Assembly: GCA_963933215.1 (NCBI GenBank)
Contig: CAWVSB010000007.1
Coordinates: 50,773-114,772, forward strand
Direction: 5' to 3'
Source of the DNA: an uncultured Cellvibrionales bacterium
Lineage (GTDB): Bacteria > Pseudomonadota > Gammaproteobacteria > Pseudomonadales > CAWVSB01
DNA: 64,000 nt
The notes under the pieces are model-generated. The model was not told where the DNA came from. It searched no databases and saw only the letters and a program-made list of their open reading frames with translations. The translations under genes were made by a program, and so were the position numbers. Positions 10,560 to 24,536 of the stretch are shown here, in pieces (the stretch's first letter is position 1; each line of letters starts with the position of its first letter).

Positions 10560-11420
10560 ATGCGCCATGCAAATTTACTTCAAAAAATTGGTCAAACTAT
10601 GGCCGACATGCGCAAGTCAGAACGCAAAGTGGCTCAGTATGTTTTAGCGCAGCCCAACGACGTAATTCATATGCGTATTGTCGATTTGGCTCAGGAGTCG
10701 ATGGTCTCAGAGCCAACGGTGGTTAGGTTTTGTCGTGCTTGTGGTTGCGATGGTTTTCAGGATTTTAAATTAGGTTTGGCCCAGCAATTAGCATCAACCC
10801 CCAGCTTTAGCCAGTTTGCCGTTGATACTAACGACTCGCCCATTGAATATGCCTATAAAGTTTTTGACGCGACCATTAATACTTTACAGCGCGTGCGTGA
10901 CTCCCTGGACCCGGCGGCATTGAGCGCTGCGGTTGATGCATTAAGCCAAGCCAGGCGTATCAGTTTTTATGGCTTTGGAGCTTCTGGTGCGGTTGCTCAA
11001 GATGCCCAGCACAAGTTTTTCCGCCTAGGTTTGGAAACTGTTGCCTATAACGACCCACATATACAAAACATGGCGGCGGTATCACTGCAGCCTGGTGATG
11101 TGGTGGTAGCAGTATCTCAAAGCGGGCGTACCAAAGCGCTTATTAATTCTATAGATTTAGTTAAAGCTGAAGGCGGTATTGTTATTGGTATAGCGCCAAG
11201 CGCTAGCCCTGTGGCTAACCGCTGCAGTATTGCTTTATGTATTGATGTTGATGAAGACACCGATAATTACGCACCACAAAGCTCACGCATTGCGCAGCTA
11301 ACGGCTTTAGATGCATTAGCAGTCGGAGTCTCGCAAGCTAATAGTGAGCAAATTACCGAGCACCTACAAAAGCTAAAACGTGGTTTAAGCAGTTTACGGC
11401 TGCCCAATGACAAATATTAA
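10560..11420 (+). CDS. hexR: RpiR/HexR family transcriptional regulator (HTH + SIS domain)
   Basis: ORF 10503..11420. From the ATG at 10560 the protein reads MRHANLLQKI...SERKVAQYVL...VSEPTVVRFCR...GFQDFKL, collinear with E. coli HexR as I recall it. Confidence 0.7.
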   Translation: MRHANLLQKIGQTMADMRKSERKVAQYVLAQPNDVIHMRIVDLAQESMVSEPTVVRFCRACGCDGFQDFKLGLAQQLASTPSFSQFAVDTNDSPIEYAYKVFDATINTLQRVRDSLDPAALSAAVDALSQARRISFYGFGASGAVAQDAQHKFFRLGLETVAYNDPHIQNMAAVSLQPGDVVVAVSQSGRTKALINSIDLVKAEGGIVIGIAPSASPVANRCSIALCIDVDEDTDNYAPQSSRIAQLTALDALAVGVSQANSEQITEHLQKLKRGLSSLRLPNDKY

Positions 11421-11509
11421 TAGCTGAGTGAAAACTTGTTCATCAATCACTTCCGACAGTTTTCAGGCGCTATAATTACTCCCTAGCTATAATAACTGCT
11501 GAGCCAACC

Positions 11510-12007
11510 ATGATTGAATATGATTACGTTAAAACCAAGCGCAGCGATGTTAAAGCTTTTCCGAGTGGCAAAGAAAAACAGATAAAAAAATTCATTAAAA
11601 TAATGACCAAAGTTAATGTTTGGGTGTTCAGAAAAACCAATGGTCGGTTAATGAAGAACTTTCCAGGTGGTTATCCTATTTGTATTGTCGGCTCCAAAGG
11701 CCGCAAGACCGGAGCAAGGCGTGAGATAGCATTAATTCATTTGCCGAAAGACGATAAGTTACTACTAGTAGCCTCCCAAGGTGGTATGGATACTAATCCT
11801 GTCTGGTATTACAACATTGCGGCCAATCCCGATATCGATGTAATGATTGGTGGGGTGGAAACTAAGATGATTGCTAGGCAAGTTGGGGATGATGAAAAGC
11901 AAGCGTTATGGCCACACTTACTTTCTTTATATCCAGACTTTGATGAATATCAGGCTAGAACTGACAGAAATATCCCAGTCTTTGAATGCACTAAAGTCGA
12001 CGCTTAA
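11510..12007 (+). CDS. DUF385 / deazaflavin-dependent nitroreductase family oxidoreductase (split beta-barrel)
   Basis: GRKTGARREIALIH...LVASQGG...NPVWYYNIAANPD...YPDFDEYQARTDRNIPVF matches the family signature. Confidence 0.8.
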   Translation: MIEYDYVKTKRSDVKAFPSGKEKQIKKFIKIMTKVNVWVFRKTNGRLMKNFPGGYPICIVGSKGRKTGARREIALIHLPKDDKLLLVASQGGMDTNPVWYYNIAANPDIDVMIGGVETKMIARQVGDDEKQALWPHLLSLYPDFDEYQARTDRNIPVFECTKVDA

Positions 12008-12933
12008 TTACCTTTTTCAAATAAAATATCGATACGTAATTCTAGCTCTGGATTTGGATTCCAGGAGTCCTCCCGCAGAAATCTGACCCGCGGATCCAAG
12101 GTTAAAAATATCCAATCTTTAAACAGCGGCAAACGATAATTAGCCGCTAGAAAATAGGTATTTAATCGAGGATTAGGTTGATTTGAACCCGTTACGCCAA
12201 TTGTAAACGAATGCCAGTTGCTGCCGGGAATATGCTCATACAAGGTAAAAAACTGGCCAATCTCTAATTCTTCATGCTGTTTTTGATATTGAGCCTCGGT
12301 GCTAATTCTTAGTTGGTAGTGTTCATTTAACTCAGTTAGTAAAAAATACTCTGACGATTCTCCCCAACCCTCTTCATGGAAATACCAAGCTTTTTGCTTG
12401 AAACCGTTAATCCAATTATCACTTAAATTAACGGTGATTTCCGCTTTTACCCTTGCGAAAGGATCTATCGGGTAGCTAAACTTTGCCCCCACTTGAGTGT
12501 CAAATTGAAAGTTTTTTGTCTCCCGCGTTCGCCCGATGCCCACGGTGGTAAAAGTATCTTGTTGGGTATCAAGTTTTTTATCTACTAAACTGCTTTGATC
12601 GTTGACATCGCTGTCGATCAACAACTTTAACTGCCGCTTGGTATTTGGAATATCAAGCTTACCGCGAATATTAACGTCTGTTTCCCAATCGCCGGATTTA
12701 GCAATGAACTGCTCTATGCTGATATTTACTCGGCTTTTATTATCGCTTGTGCTTTGCCCGTCAGATAACCAAGAATCAATATAGCGAGATGTCTCTAGCC
12801 AAGTTTGAGCTAGACTGTCACGCATCTTTTGAGCGCTATCCATGACCTTCTTGTCTTCATCGTTGGCGAACAAAGACCGCGGCATTAACATTAGTAATGC
12901 CCAACTAATAAGAACTATCAGGCTTCGCTTCAA
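12004..12933 (-). CDS. Uncharacterised secreted protein, possibly an outer-membrane beta-barrel
   Basis: 309-aa ORF with a signal peptide (MKRSLIVLISWALLMLMPRSLFA). The remainder is rich in alternating amphipathic stretches and aromatic residues. I recognise no family. Confidence 0.5.
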   Translation of the reverse strand: MKRSLIVLISWALLMLMPRSLFANDEDKKVMDSAQKMRDSLAQTWLETSRYIDSWLSDGQSTSDNKSRVNISIEQFIAKSGDWETDVNIRGKLDIPNTKRQLKLLIDSDVNDQSSLVDKKLDTQQDTFTTVGIGRTRETKNFQFDTQVGAKFSYPIDPFARVKAEITVNLSDNWINGFKQKAWYFHEEGWGESSEYFLLTELNEHYQLRISTEAQYQKQHEELEIGQFFTLYEHIPGSNWHSFTIGVTGSNQPNPRLNTYFLAANYRLPLFKDWIFLTLDPRVRFLREDSWNPNPELELRIDILFEKGN

Positions 12934-13001
12934 AGCATACCTTGATTATTATTTTATTTATAATAATAACCAAGTTAACTATTAACACAAGTAAATAACT
13001 G

Positions 13002-14831
13002 CTATTCGACAGTAACTGACTTCGCCAAGTTTCTCGGTTGATCTACATCAGTACCTTTTAAAAGTGCCGCATGGTAGGACAATAATTGCAGTGGAATGGT
13101 ATAAATTATTGGTGCAATAATATCTGGCGTATGCGGAATCGCAATCACCGATATACCATCTTCATCTTCAAACCCAGCCTCTTTGTCGGCGAACACGAAA
13201 AGCTTGCCACCTCGGGCCCTAACCTCTTCTAGGTTTGATTTTAACTTTTCCAGCAGCTCATTATTAGGCGCCACTGCTACCACCGGCATATCATCATCAA
13301 CTAACGCCAATGGCCCATGTTTTAACTCGCCGGCAGGATAACTTTCAGCATGGATATAAGAAATTTCTTTCAGCTTTAATGCCCCCTCCATCGCCACCGG
13401 CCACTGCACGCCACGACCTAAAAACAAAGCATGATGTTTGTCGGCAAAAGCTTTTGCCATTTGCTCTATTTTTTTATCTAACTTTAACGCCTCGCTAACC
13501 AAGTCGGGCAACTGATGCATTGCGGCTACAATGTCTTTTTCAGCATCAAGGGATAAACCATTACGCCTACCGAGCAACACTGTTAAAAGTAGTAGGGCAA
13601 CCAACTGGGTGGTAAATGCTTTAGTCGATGCCACACCAATCTCTGGCCCAGCTTCAGTCATTAAACACAAATCTGACTCTCTAACGAGAGAACTTTGCGC
13701 TACGTTACAAATGGCCAAAGTGGAGGTATAGCCAAGGGTTTTTGCTAACCGCAAAGCGGCTAAAGTGTCAGCAGTTTCGCCTGACTGAGAAATTGTCACT
13801 AGCAATGTGTTGTCGGTGACAACAAGCTTTCGATAACGGAATTCGCTAGCAACTTCTACTCGGCACGCGACACCTGCCACCCCTTCAATCCAGTACTTAG
13901 CGACCATAGCAGAGTGATAACTGGTTCCGCAGGCAACAATTTGTACTGCTTTAGTTTTGTCTAAGACAGTTTTCGCTTCAGTACCTAAAATTTCTTCTAA
14001 CACTCGATTACGGCTGATACGCCCTCTTAGGGTGTTAGCTAAAACAGTGGGCTGTTCAAAAATTTCTTTTTGCATGTAGTGACGATACTTACCCTTATCG
14101 GCATTGTCGGCACTGCCGGTCATTACTACAACGTCTCGGATCACCTTATTGTGTTGTGAATCTATAATGTCGTAACTCTGCGGCGTAATAATGGCCATAT
14201 CGCCTTCTTCAAGATAAACAAACCGATCAGTAACCTGGCGTAACGCTAGCTGGTCTGAAGCAATGAAATTTTCACCGATACCAATACCAATAACTAGCGG
14301 GCTACCAGAGCGTGCGCAGATAATAGTGTCAGGTTGATCAATAGAGATTACCGCTAAACCATAGGCCCCCTCTAGCTTAGCTACCGCAATCTTTAGCGCA
14401 CTAAGTAGGTCGTTACCTTCCCTTATTATTGAATCTAATAAGTGAACAACTACCTCGGTATCGGTCTGTGATAAAAACGCATAGCCTTGTTCAGTTAACT
14501 GATCTCTCAGTTGATTGTGATTTTCAATAATACCGTTATGCACTAATGCAATGCGGTCATTAGAACAGTGTGGATGGGCATTTATCTTAGACGGTTTACC
14601 ATGGGTGGCCCAGCGCGTGTGGGCAATACCACAGCTACCTATAATGGGGGTTTTAGCAATAGCGTCAGCTAGCATTGCTACTTTGCCTTTCTCTTTGGCA
14701 ACAGATAGTGCGCCATTTTCAATAACCGCTAAACCGGCTGAGTCATAACCCCGATACTCTAGCCGACGCAGGCCTTCAACTAAGATTTCCGATACTTCCC
14801 GTTTGGCACTTGCACCAACAATTCCACACAT
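13002..14831 (-). CDS. glmS: Glutamine--fructose-6-phosphate aminotransferase
   Basis: 609 aa with the MCGIVG N-terminal nucleophile, two SIS domains and a C-terminal VTVE. Confidence 0.95.
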   Translation of the reverse strand: MCGIVGASAKREVSEILVEGLRRLEYRGYDSAGLAVIENGALSVAKEKGKVAMLADAIAKTPIIGSCGIAHTRWATHGKPSKINAHPHCSNDRIALVHNGIIENHNQLRDQLTEQGYAFLSQTDTEVVVHLLDSIIREGNDLLSALKIAVAKLEGAYGLAVISIDQPDTIICARSGSPLVIGIGIGENFIASDQLALRQVTDRFVYLEEGDMAIITPQSYDIIDSQHNKVIRDVVVMTGSADNADKGKYRHYMQKEIFEQPTVLANTLRGRISRNRVLEEILGTEAKTVLDKTKAVQIVACGTSYHSAMVAKYWIEGVAGVACRVEVASEFRYRKLVVTDNTLLVTISQSGETADTLAALRLAKTLGYTSTLAICNVAQSSLVRESDLCLMTEAGPEIGVASTKAFTTQLVALLLLTVLLGRRNGLSLDAEKDIVAAMHQLPDLVSEALKLDKKIEQMAKAFADKHHALFLGRGVQWPVAMEGALKLKEISYIHAESYPAGELKHGPLALVDDDMPVVAVAPNNELLEKLKSNLEEVRARGGKLFVFADKEAGFEDEDGISVIAIPHTPDIIAPIIYTIPLQLLSYHAALLKGTDVDQPRNLAKSVTVE

Positions 14832-14840
14832 AGTATTTTC

Positions 14841-16208
14841 CTAGTCCTGTTTTTTAATTGGTCGCTGCCAGCCATCCAAATTACGTTGCTTTGCTCTCGC
14901 AATGGACAATTGATTCTTTTCGATATCCTTGCTGATCACAGAGCCAGCACCAACTGTTGCATTTTCACCAATTGAGACCGGTGCAACTAATGCGCTGTTT
15001 GAGCCGACAAAAACTCCGTCTCCTATATTTGTCACATACTTATTAACACCATCATAATTACAGGTAATGGTGCCAGCGCCAATATTGACGTCTTTTCCTA
15101 TGTTGGCGTCGCCCAAGTAGGTTAAGTGACTTACTTTTGAGCCCTCGCCAATATTTACTTTTTTGGTTTCGACAAAATTACCTACTTTAACCCCGACGGC
15201 GAGATTAGAGCCTGGCCTTATCCTAGCAAACGGTCCGATGACGCAATCATCGGCAATGACCGCGTTTTCAATAACAGTGTTAGCTTTAATTTCTACATTG
15301 TTGGCAATTATCGTGCCTGTAATAACACAGTTAGGACCAATGGTTACATTGTCTCCGATACTGACACTGCCTTCAAACACCACATTAATATCTATCGCGA
15401 CATCACTGCCAACTGTTAGCTCACCGCGTATATCTAAGCGATTTGGATCGCGTAAACTAACGCCAGCAAGGAGTAATTTAGTGGCCTGCTCAGTTTGAAA
15501 TTGCCGCTCTAAATTAGCCAGCTGTACTCTGTCATTGACCCCTTGAACCTCGGCCTCAGTCGCTGGATGAAACGCTTTAACAGTCACCCCCTCAGCGGCA
15601 GCCATGGCAATAATATCTGTTAAATAATACTCGCTCTGCTTATTGCCGTTTGATAAAGCAGGCAGCCAAGTATTAAGGCGTTGCGCGGGCACGGCCATGA
15701 TACCGGTATTAGTTTCAGTTAATGCCAATTGTTCAGAGCTTGCTTCTTTTTGCTCAATAATTGCGTTAACACTGTTGTTTTGATCCCGCAATATCCGGCC
15801 ATAGCCATCGGGATTACTAAGATCTACTGTTAACAAAGACATTTGATCACCGCTTACATCAGCCAGCATTGCTTTAAGTGTGCTAGCTTTGATTAACGGC
15901 ACGTCACCATATAAAACTAATACCGTAGAATTATTACTGATGTTCGGCATTGCCTGCGCAACTGCATGACCGGTACCCAGTTGCTGTGTTTGCTTAACCC
16001 AGTTTATTGATAGATCTTTAAAGGCGGCTTCTACGTCTTCTGCTTTATGCCCTACAACCACGTGAATGGCACTTGGCTCCAATTCAGATGCCGCAGAGAT
16101 AACATGGCCTAGCAATGAGTTAGCGGCCAAAGTATGCAATACCTTCGGCTTATTGGAGCGCATTCGAGTGCCTTTACCGGCGGCCAAAATAACAACTTCT
16201 AGACTCAT
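14841..16208 (-). CDS. glmU: Bifunctional UDP-N-acetylglucosamine pyrophosphorylase / GlcN-1-P acetyltransferase
   Basis: 455 aa with LAAGKGTRM and a C-terminal hexapeptide-repeat (LbH) domain. Confidence 0.95.
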   Translation of the reverse strand: MSLEVVILAAGKGTRMRSNKPKVLHTLAANSLLGHVISAASELEPSAIHVVVGHKAEDVEAAFKDLSINWVKQTQQLGTGHAVAQAMPNISNNSTVLVLYGDVPLIKASTLKAMLADVSGDQMSLLTVDLSNPDGYGRILRDQNNSVNAIIEQKEASSEQLALTETNTGIMAVPAQRLNTWLPALSNGNKQSEYYLTDIIAMAAAEGVTVKAFHPATEAEVQGVNDRVQLANLERQFQTEQATKLLLAGVSLRDPNRLDIRGELTVGSDVAIDINVVFEGSVSIGDNVTIGPNCVITGTIIANNVEIKANTVIENAVIADDCVIGPFARIRPGSNLAVGVKVGNFVETKKVNIGEGSKVSHLTYLGDANIGKDVNIGAGTITCNYDGVNKYVTNIGDGVFVGSNSALVAPVSIGENATVGAGSVISKDIEKNQLSIARAKQRNLDGWQRPIKKQD

Positions 16209-16350
16209 ACTATTCTCTTTTATATTTAGTTAAATAGCTGTTTTTGACAGATTATACTGGATATTAGGCAATAGGCGCATTTTTGTCTCAGATAACGAAT
16301 AGCCGATTGATCGCGCGGCGTAATCAGCTTGAGGTATAACATGCAGGCAC

Positions 16351-16377
16351 AAAAAAGGCGGCTAATGCCGCCTTTTT
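16351..16377 (-). terminator. Rho-independent terminator after atpC (bidirectional architecture)
   Basis: GGCGGC (16357-62), loop TAAT, GCCGCC (16367-72), flanked by an A6 run and a T5 run. Lies 13 bp downstream of the atpC stop. Confidence 0.7.
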
Positions 16378-16389
16378 ACTTGGATATAT

Positions 16390-16815
16390 CTATTTACCCA
16401 TTTTTTTCTTCAATGCCCGCACTGCTCTTATTTGAGCAGCTGCCTCGGCTAGTCTAGCGGAGGCCAACGTGTAGTCAATTTCACTACTTTGATCAGCTAA
16501 ATCAGCTAAAGCTCGCTTTTGCGCTTCAACAGCGGCAGCTTCATCCATGTCATCAGCGCGCAGTGCTGTATCAGCAAGAATGGTGATAGTGCCTGGTTGT
16601 ATTTCTAAATAACCGCCAGAGACATAAAATATCTCTTCTTCACCACCTTGAGTAACAACACGAACAGGCCCAGGCTCTAGACCCGTGAGTAACGGAGCAT
16701 GACCGTAGCTAACACCTAAGTCACCTAAAGATGCGTTGGCTACAACTAGCTCTGCTAATCCAGAAAAAATCTCTTGCTCTGCACTAACGATGTCACAATG
16801 AATTGTCATTGCCAT
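16390..16815 (-). CDS. atpC: F1 ATP synthase epsilon subunit
   Basis: 141 aa, last gene of the canonical atp operon order. Confidence 0.95.
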   Translation of the reverse strand: MAMTIHCDIVSAEQEIFSGLAELVVANASLGDLGVSYGHAPLLTGLEPGPVRVVTQGGEEEIFYVSGGYLEIQPGTITILADTALRADDMDEAAAVEAQKRALADLADQSSEIDYTLASARLAEAAAQIRAVRALKKKMGK

Positions 16816-16869
16816 AATAAATCTCTCTTATAACTCGCTTACTAAAGTCTTACTGACTTGTATTAAAAG

Positions 16870-18312
<1,443 letters not shown>

Positions 18313-18316
18313 CTAA

Positions 18317-19177
18317 TTAAACCGCAGACGCGCCACTTACAATTTCAGACAATTCCTGAGTAATTGCGGCCTGACGAGCCTTGTTATAAATCAACTGTAA
18401 TTCATCAATTAGATCGCCAGCATTATCTGTTGCGCTTTTCATTGCCACCATTCTAGAAGCTTGTTCACAAGCCCCGTTTTCCACAACCGCTTGGTAAACT
18501 TGCGACTCAACATAACGGGTCAACAAACCATCTAATAACTCTTGTGCATCAGGCTCGTAAATATAATCCCAATGATGTTTTAATTCCTTATCCTCAGATG
18601 GCAATAACGGCAGCAGCTGAGCAACCGTAGGGTCTTGAGTCATGGTATTAACAAACTCATTACTAACCAGAAAAAGCTTATCAATATTGCCTTTATCATA
18701 GCCATCTAGCATGGTCTTAACACTGCCGATTAAATCAGCTACTGTTGGCGCCTCACCTAAATCACGAACTGAAGCGACAACGTTGCCGCCAACACTGTTA
18801 AAAAACGCTGATGCCTTGCTGCCAATTAAACACAGGTCAATCTCTACATCTTGATCAGCCCATTCTTTAATTGATCTAAGCGCCGCCTTAAATAAGTTTG
18901 TATTCAAACCACCACATAAGCCACGATCAGACGACACAATAACGAAGCCAATGCGTTTTACTTCACGCTGCGCTAAGTATTGATGGTGATACTCTGGATT
19001 AGCATTTGCGATATGCCCAACAACAGAGCGGATGCGAGTAGCGTAAGGCTTGCCCACTTCCATTCTTTCTCGTGCTTTACGCATTTTACTGGCCGCTACC
19101 ATCTCCATTGCACTCGTTATTTTCTGAGTACTGGTGATAGATCCGATCTGTGTGCGTATTTCTTTTGTGCCTGCCAT
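18317..19177 (-). CDS. atpG: F1 ATP synthase gamma subunit
   Basis: 286 aa, starting [14 protein letters not shown]. Confidence 0.95.
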   Translation of the reverse strand: MAGTKEIRTQIGSITSTQKITSAMEMVAASKMRKARERMEVGKPYATRIRSVVGHIANANPEYHHQYLAQREVKRIGFVIVSSDRGLCGGLNTNLFKAALRSIKEWADQDVEIDLCLIGSKASAFFNSVGGNVVASVRDLGEAPTVADLIGSVKTMLDGYDKGNIDKLFLVSNEFVNTMTQDPTVAQLLPLLPSEDKELKHHWDYIYEPDAQELLDGLLTRYVESQVYQAVVENGACEQASRMVAMKSATDNAGDLIDELQLIYNKARQAAITQELSEIVSGASAV

Positions 19178-19242
19178 GTCTTAATGGGCCTCGCGCAACT
19201 ATTCTTAATTAGCAGGAAAGAAAAACCTTCCTGCTAAACCAA

Positions 19243-20787
19243 TTACCAAGTCTGGTTAGCTTTAAAATCTTCAACCAACGCTTTGAACTTAGCTTCTAAA
19301 TCTTTATTCCAATCACCAGCGACAACGATTTCTTTCATCAAGTCACTATGTTCGCTATTCGCGTAGGACAATAATGCCGCTTCGAAGTCTAATATTTTAT
19401 TGACGTCGATATCGTTTAAGTAATCTTCGTTTGCGCAGTAAACCATCAAGCCCATTTCAGCAACCGACTGTGGCGAGTACTGTTTCTGCTTCATTAACTC
19501 AGTTACACGCTCACCATGGTCTAGCTGTGCTTTGGTCGCATCATCTAGGTCAGACGCAAACTGTGAGAACGCCGCTAATTCACGATACTGAGCCAATGCA
19601 GTACGAATACCACCAGACAGTTTCTTCATGATCTTAGTCTGCGCTGATCCACCAACACGCGATACCGATACACCGGCGTTCATTGCAGGGCGAATACCGG
19701 CATTAAACATGTCACTTTCTAGGAATATCTGACCGTCAGTAATAGAAATTACGTTAGTTGGTACAAATGCCGATACGTCACCAGCTTGGGTTTCGATAAT
19801 AGGCAATGCTGTTAATGAACCCGTTTTACCTTTGACTTCACCGTTAGTGCATTTTTCTACCCAAGCTTCCGATACGCGAGCTGAGCGCTCTAGTAAGCGT
19901 GAATGCAAGTAGAATACGTCACCAGGGTAAGCTTCACGTCCTGGTGGGCGTTTCAATAGCAATGAAATTTGACGATATGCCCAAGCCTGCTTAGTCAAAT
20001 CATCATAAATAATCAGCGCATCTTCACCGCGATCACGGTAGTACTCACCAATAGTGCAACCGCTAAATGGTGCGATAAACTGCATCGATGCTGGATCAGA
20101 AGCTGTTGCGGCAACAACCACGGTATGTTCCATTGCCCCGTGCTCTTCAAGCTTACGCACAACCGCTGCGATAGAAGAAGCTTTTTGACCAATAGCAACG
20201 TAAACACATTTAATGCCACTACCTTTTTGATTAATAATCGCATCAACTGCTACTGCAGTTTTTCCGATCTGTCGATCTCCAATAATTAGCTCTCGCTGGC
20301 CACGACCGATTGGTACCATCGCATCAACCGCTTTAAGACCTAACTGCACTGGCTGGTCAACTGACTTACGCCAGATAACCCCTGGCGCAACTTTTTCAAT
20401 CGCGTCAGTTATTTTGGCATTGATTGGACCACGGCCGTCGATAGGGTTGCCCAAAGCGTCGATTACACGGCCTTCTAATTCGGGGCCAACCGGTACCTCA
20501 AGAATGCGGCCAGTACACTTACATTTTTGACCTTCTTGTAAACCCCGAGCATCGCCAAGGATTATCGCACCAACCGAGTCACGCTCTAAGTTAAGAGCCA
20601 TACCAAAACGGTTGCCTTCAAATTCAATCATCTCGCCGTACATAATGTCGGCCAAACCATGAATACGAACGATACCGTCAGATACGGATACAATGGTACC
20701 TTCGTTTTGCGCTTCTACGGCAACATCGAGGGAATCGATACGTTGCTTGATGATGTCGCTAATCTCAGATGGATTCAGTTGCTGCAT
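19243..20787 (-). CDS. atpA: F1 ATP synthase alpha subunit
   Basis: 514 aa with GDRQIGKT. Confidence 0.97.
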   Translation of the reverse strand: MQQLNPSEISDIIKQRIDSLDVAVEAQNEGTIVSVSDGIVRIHGLADIMYGEMIEFEGNRFGMALNLERDSVGAIILGDARGLQEGQKCKCTGRILEVPVGPELEGRVIDALGNPIDGRGPINAKITDAIEKVAPGVIWRKSVDQPVQLGLKAVDAMVPIGRGQRELIIGDRQIGKTAVAVDAIINQKGSGIKCVYVAIGQKASSIAAVVRKLEEHGAMEHTVVVAATASDPASMQFIAPFSGCTIGEYYRDRGEDALIIYDDLTKQAWAYRQISLLLKRPPGREAYPGDVFYLHSRLLERSARVSEAWVEKCTNGEVKGKTGSLTALPIIETQAGDVSAFVPTNVISITDGQIFLESDMFNAGIRPAMNAGVSVSRVGGSAQTKIMKKLSGGIRTALAQYRELAAFSQFASDLDDATKAQLDHGERVTELMKQKQYSPQSVAEMGLMVYCANEDYLNDIDVNKILDFEAALLSYANSEHSDLMKEIVVAGDWNKDLEAKFKALVEDFKANQTW

Positions 20788-20810
20788 GCCCTGTTCCTCA
20801 AACTTAAATC

Positions 20811-21347
20811 TTAATGGCTCATCGCATCAGTTAGCTGAGCTAACTTATTGCGGACTGAACCGTCTATAACCATGTCACCGGCTCTAACAACAACACCACC
20901 TATAAGGTTGGTATCAACTGTTGAACTCAAATTGACTTCGCGTGACAAATTGGCTGAAAGCGCCTTTGTTAACTGAGCAGCTTCCGCCTCACTCAATTCA
21001 AATGCACTGGTTACTTCAACGTTTACTGTCTGCTCTTGTTGAGCCTTTAACGCCTGAAATTGCTCACTTATATATGGCAATAATAGCAAACGCTTATTCA
21101 TTGCTAAGGCGCCAATAAAGTTGGCTGCCTTAGTTGTTAAATCATCACCTAGTAAACCACCAAATGTTTCTGCCATTTGACCTGAGGTCAAAGAAGGCGA
21201 TGACAACAATTGTGCTACCTGTTGTTGCTGCGTGATTTGAGCCGCCAAACTGAGCGTTTTAGACCACTGTGCTAAGGCATCGTTATCCCGAGCAAACTCA
21301 AATGCCGCTTTTGCGTAAGGGCGTGCCAATGTCGATAATTCGGCCAT
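20811..21347 (-). CDS. atpH: F1 ATP synthase delta subunit
   Basis: 178 aa, assigned by its position in the operon. Confidence 0.9.
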   Translation of the reverse strand: MAELSTLARPYAKAAFEFARDNDALAQWSKTLSLAAQITQQQQVAQLLSSPSLTSGQMAETFGGLLGDDLTTKAANFIGALAMNKRLLLLPYISEQFQALKAQQEQTVNVEVTSAFELSEAEAAQLTKALSANLSREVNLSSTVDTNLIGGVVVRAGDMVIDGSVRNKLAQLTDAMSH

Positions 21348-21358
21348 CGTATCCTCGC

Positions 21359-21829
21359 TTAAAGCTGCTCAGCCAGCTCAGAAAGCAGCTGTTGGTGTGC
21401 ATTGGCATCGACGGTCTGTTGCAAAATTTTCTCTGCACCAGCAATCGCCAACGTTGCTACTTGAGCACGTAAAACTTCTTTTGCTCGATTCGCTTGTTGC
21501 TCGATTTCAGCATTAGCAGCGACTTTTAATCGATCGCCCTCAGCTTTAGCAAGCTCTTTCGCTTCATCGACAATTTGATTAGCACGCTTATTTGCTTGCT
21601 CAACAATCCCTGCGGCTTGCTCTTTCGCTTCGCGCAACTTATGTCCAGCAGCATCTTGTGCCAACTCTAGATCTTTTGTTGCTCTGTCAGCCGCTTGCAA
21701 ACCGTGTGCAATTTTTTCTTCACGTTCTTGCATGGCAGTAAGAATTACTGGCCAAACAAACTTCATGCAAAACCACACAAAGAATAAGAACGATATTGAT
21801 TGGCCAATTAGTGTTGCGTTAATGTTCAC
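21359..21829 (-). CDS. atpF: F0 ATP synthase subunit b
   Basis: 156 aa with an N-terminal TM segment and a long charged helix. Confidence 0.9.
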   Translation of the reverse strand: MNINATLIGQSISFLFFVWFCMKFVWPVILTAMQEREEKIAHGLQAADRATKDLELAQDAAGHKLREAKEQAAGIVEQANKRANQIVDEAKELAKAEGDRLKVAANAEIEQQANRAKEVLRAQVATLAIAGAEKILQQTVDANAHQQLLSELAEQL

Positions 21830-21898
21830 AACGAAACCTCGTGTTAGTGATATACAAAGCGCAACTTACATTGCCGCGCTAAACCCATGTTTCTGTTA

Positions 21899-22156
<258 letters not shown>

Positions 22157-22181
22157 TTAAAAAGTAATGTAAAAATAAAAG

Positions 22182-23096
<915 letters not shown>

Positions 23097-23129
23097 CTAT
23101 CTATTCTCTTGTTTCAACAATTCCGGCCG

Positions 23130-23489
23130 CTATACAAGCCACCAGGCGCCAATTAACTGAATAAGTGTTATCACACCGTAAGCCGCAAATAATGGTACTG
23201 CGTGAACCGGTATAATCAACACAAATGCTAAAGCAAAACCTATAGCACTTAATCCAAACTTTCCTGCCTCTGCGCGATAAAATGATTGCGCAACTCTCTC
23301 GGCAGCTTTTGCTCCTCGGTATCTAAACACCCGCAGAGCGAAATAACTGTAAGGTATAATAGCGATTAAAAAACCTGCTATTACCGATGGCGTTAACGCA
23401 GAGTTTAAAACCACTAAAACTCCTATTCCAGCAAGGGCAACAAAACACTGTATGGCAATTACTTTATACACTGCTGGCCTGCTTATCAC
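23130..23489 (-). CDS. atpI: ATP synthase protein I
   Basis: 119-aa small membrane protein, first gene of the atp operon. Confidence 0.8.
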   Translation of the reverse strand: MISRPAVYKVIAIQCFVALAGIGVLVVLNSALTPSVIAGFLIAIIPYSYFALRVFRYRGAKAAERVAQSFYRAEAGKFGLSAIGFALAFVLIIPVHAVPLFAAYGVITLIQLIGAWWLV

Positions 23490-23658
23490 GCCGTTCTATC
23501 TCTTTAAAAACCCTATATTTATCATGGTCTTAACTTAATCTTAGTAAGCACCCCAAAACTGCTTCATGGGGAGGCCGTATCGGGCGCGCAAGTATAGGGA
23601 GTTAGATCTAGCCGCGCAAGCCATTCACATGATATATACGGTGATTATGATAATTTAG

Positions 23659-24525
23659 CTACTGAATATGAGCCAAAATCCCTTCAAGCTCATCAAGGCT
23701 GTTGTACTTAAGTACCAATTTGCCTTTCCCACTCTTGGTATGCTGAATAGAAACTGGCGCGCCGACTTTCTCACCTAAGCTTTGTTCTAAGCTAGCAATA
23801 TCTGCACTGGGCTTATAAATTTCTTGTTTTGTCGGCGGCTTTTGACTCTTACGAACTAAATCTTCTGTTTGCCTAACTGTCAACCCACGACCAACAACGG
23901 TGCGAGCGACTTCCGATTGCTTATCGCCGCTTAGTGCTAGCAAAACTTTAGCATGACCCGTTTCTAAATCGCCACGCTCTAGCATAGTTTTTACATCACT
24001 ATTCAACGTCAATAAGCGCAGTAAATTAGCTACTGTCGCCCGTGACTTGCCTACCGCTTCACCAACTTCTTGTTGGGTTAATGCAAACTCCACGCGCAGG
24101 CGCTCTAACGCAACAGCTTCTTCCAAGGAGCTGAGGTTTTCACGCTGAATATTTTCAATCAACGCCATCGCGATTGCAGCTTCGTCTGTCACGTTACGAA
24201 TAATCGCTGGGATAGTATCTTTTTCAGCTAATTGCGAAGCCCGCCAGCGACGTTCACCGGCAATGATTTCATAGCGACCTTCGCCAACTGAGCGCACTAC
24301 AATTGGCTGCATTACTCCTTGAGCTTTTATCGAATTAGCAAGATCTTGCAATGATTCTTGATCCATTTCCCGACGTGGTTGATATTTACCACGCTGCACT
24401 AAATCAATTGGCAAATGTTTTAGCTCGTTATCAGGCAGTTTTTCTGGGGCCTCTACCGCTTGGCGTAAGTCTGAGTTTCCAAGCAAGGCATCTAAACCTC
24501 TACCCAATCTTTTTTTCGGGGACAT
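23659..24525 (-). CDS. parB: Chromosome partitioning protein ParB (Spo0J)
   Basis: 288 aa with the GERRWRA box and an HTH. Confidence 0.92.
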   Translation of the reverse strand: MSPKKRLGRGLDALLGNSDLRQAVEAPEKLPDNELKHLPIDLVQRGKYQPRREMDQESLQDLANSIKAQGVMQPIVVRSVGEGRYEIIAGERRWRASQLAEKDTIPAIIRNVTDEAAIAMALIENIQRENLSSLEEAVALERLRVEFALTQQEVGEAVGKSRATVANLLRLLTLNSDVKTMLERGDLETGHAKVLLALSGDKQSEVARTVVGRGLTVRQTEDLVRKSQKPPTKQEIYKPSADIASLEQSLGEKVGAPVSIQHTKSGKGKLVLKYNSLDELEGILAHIQ

Positions 24526-24536
24526 AGTGATTTCCG

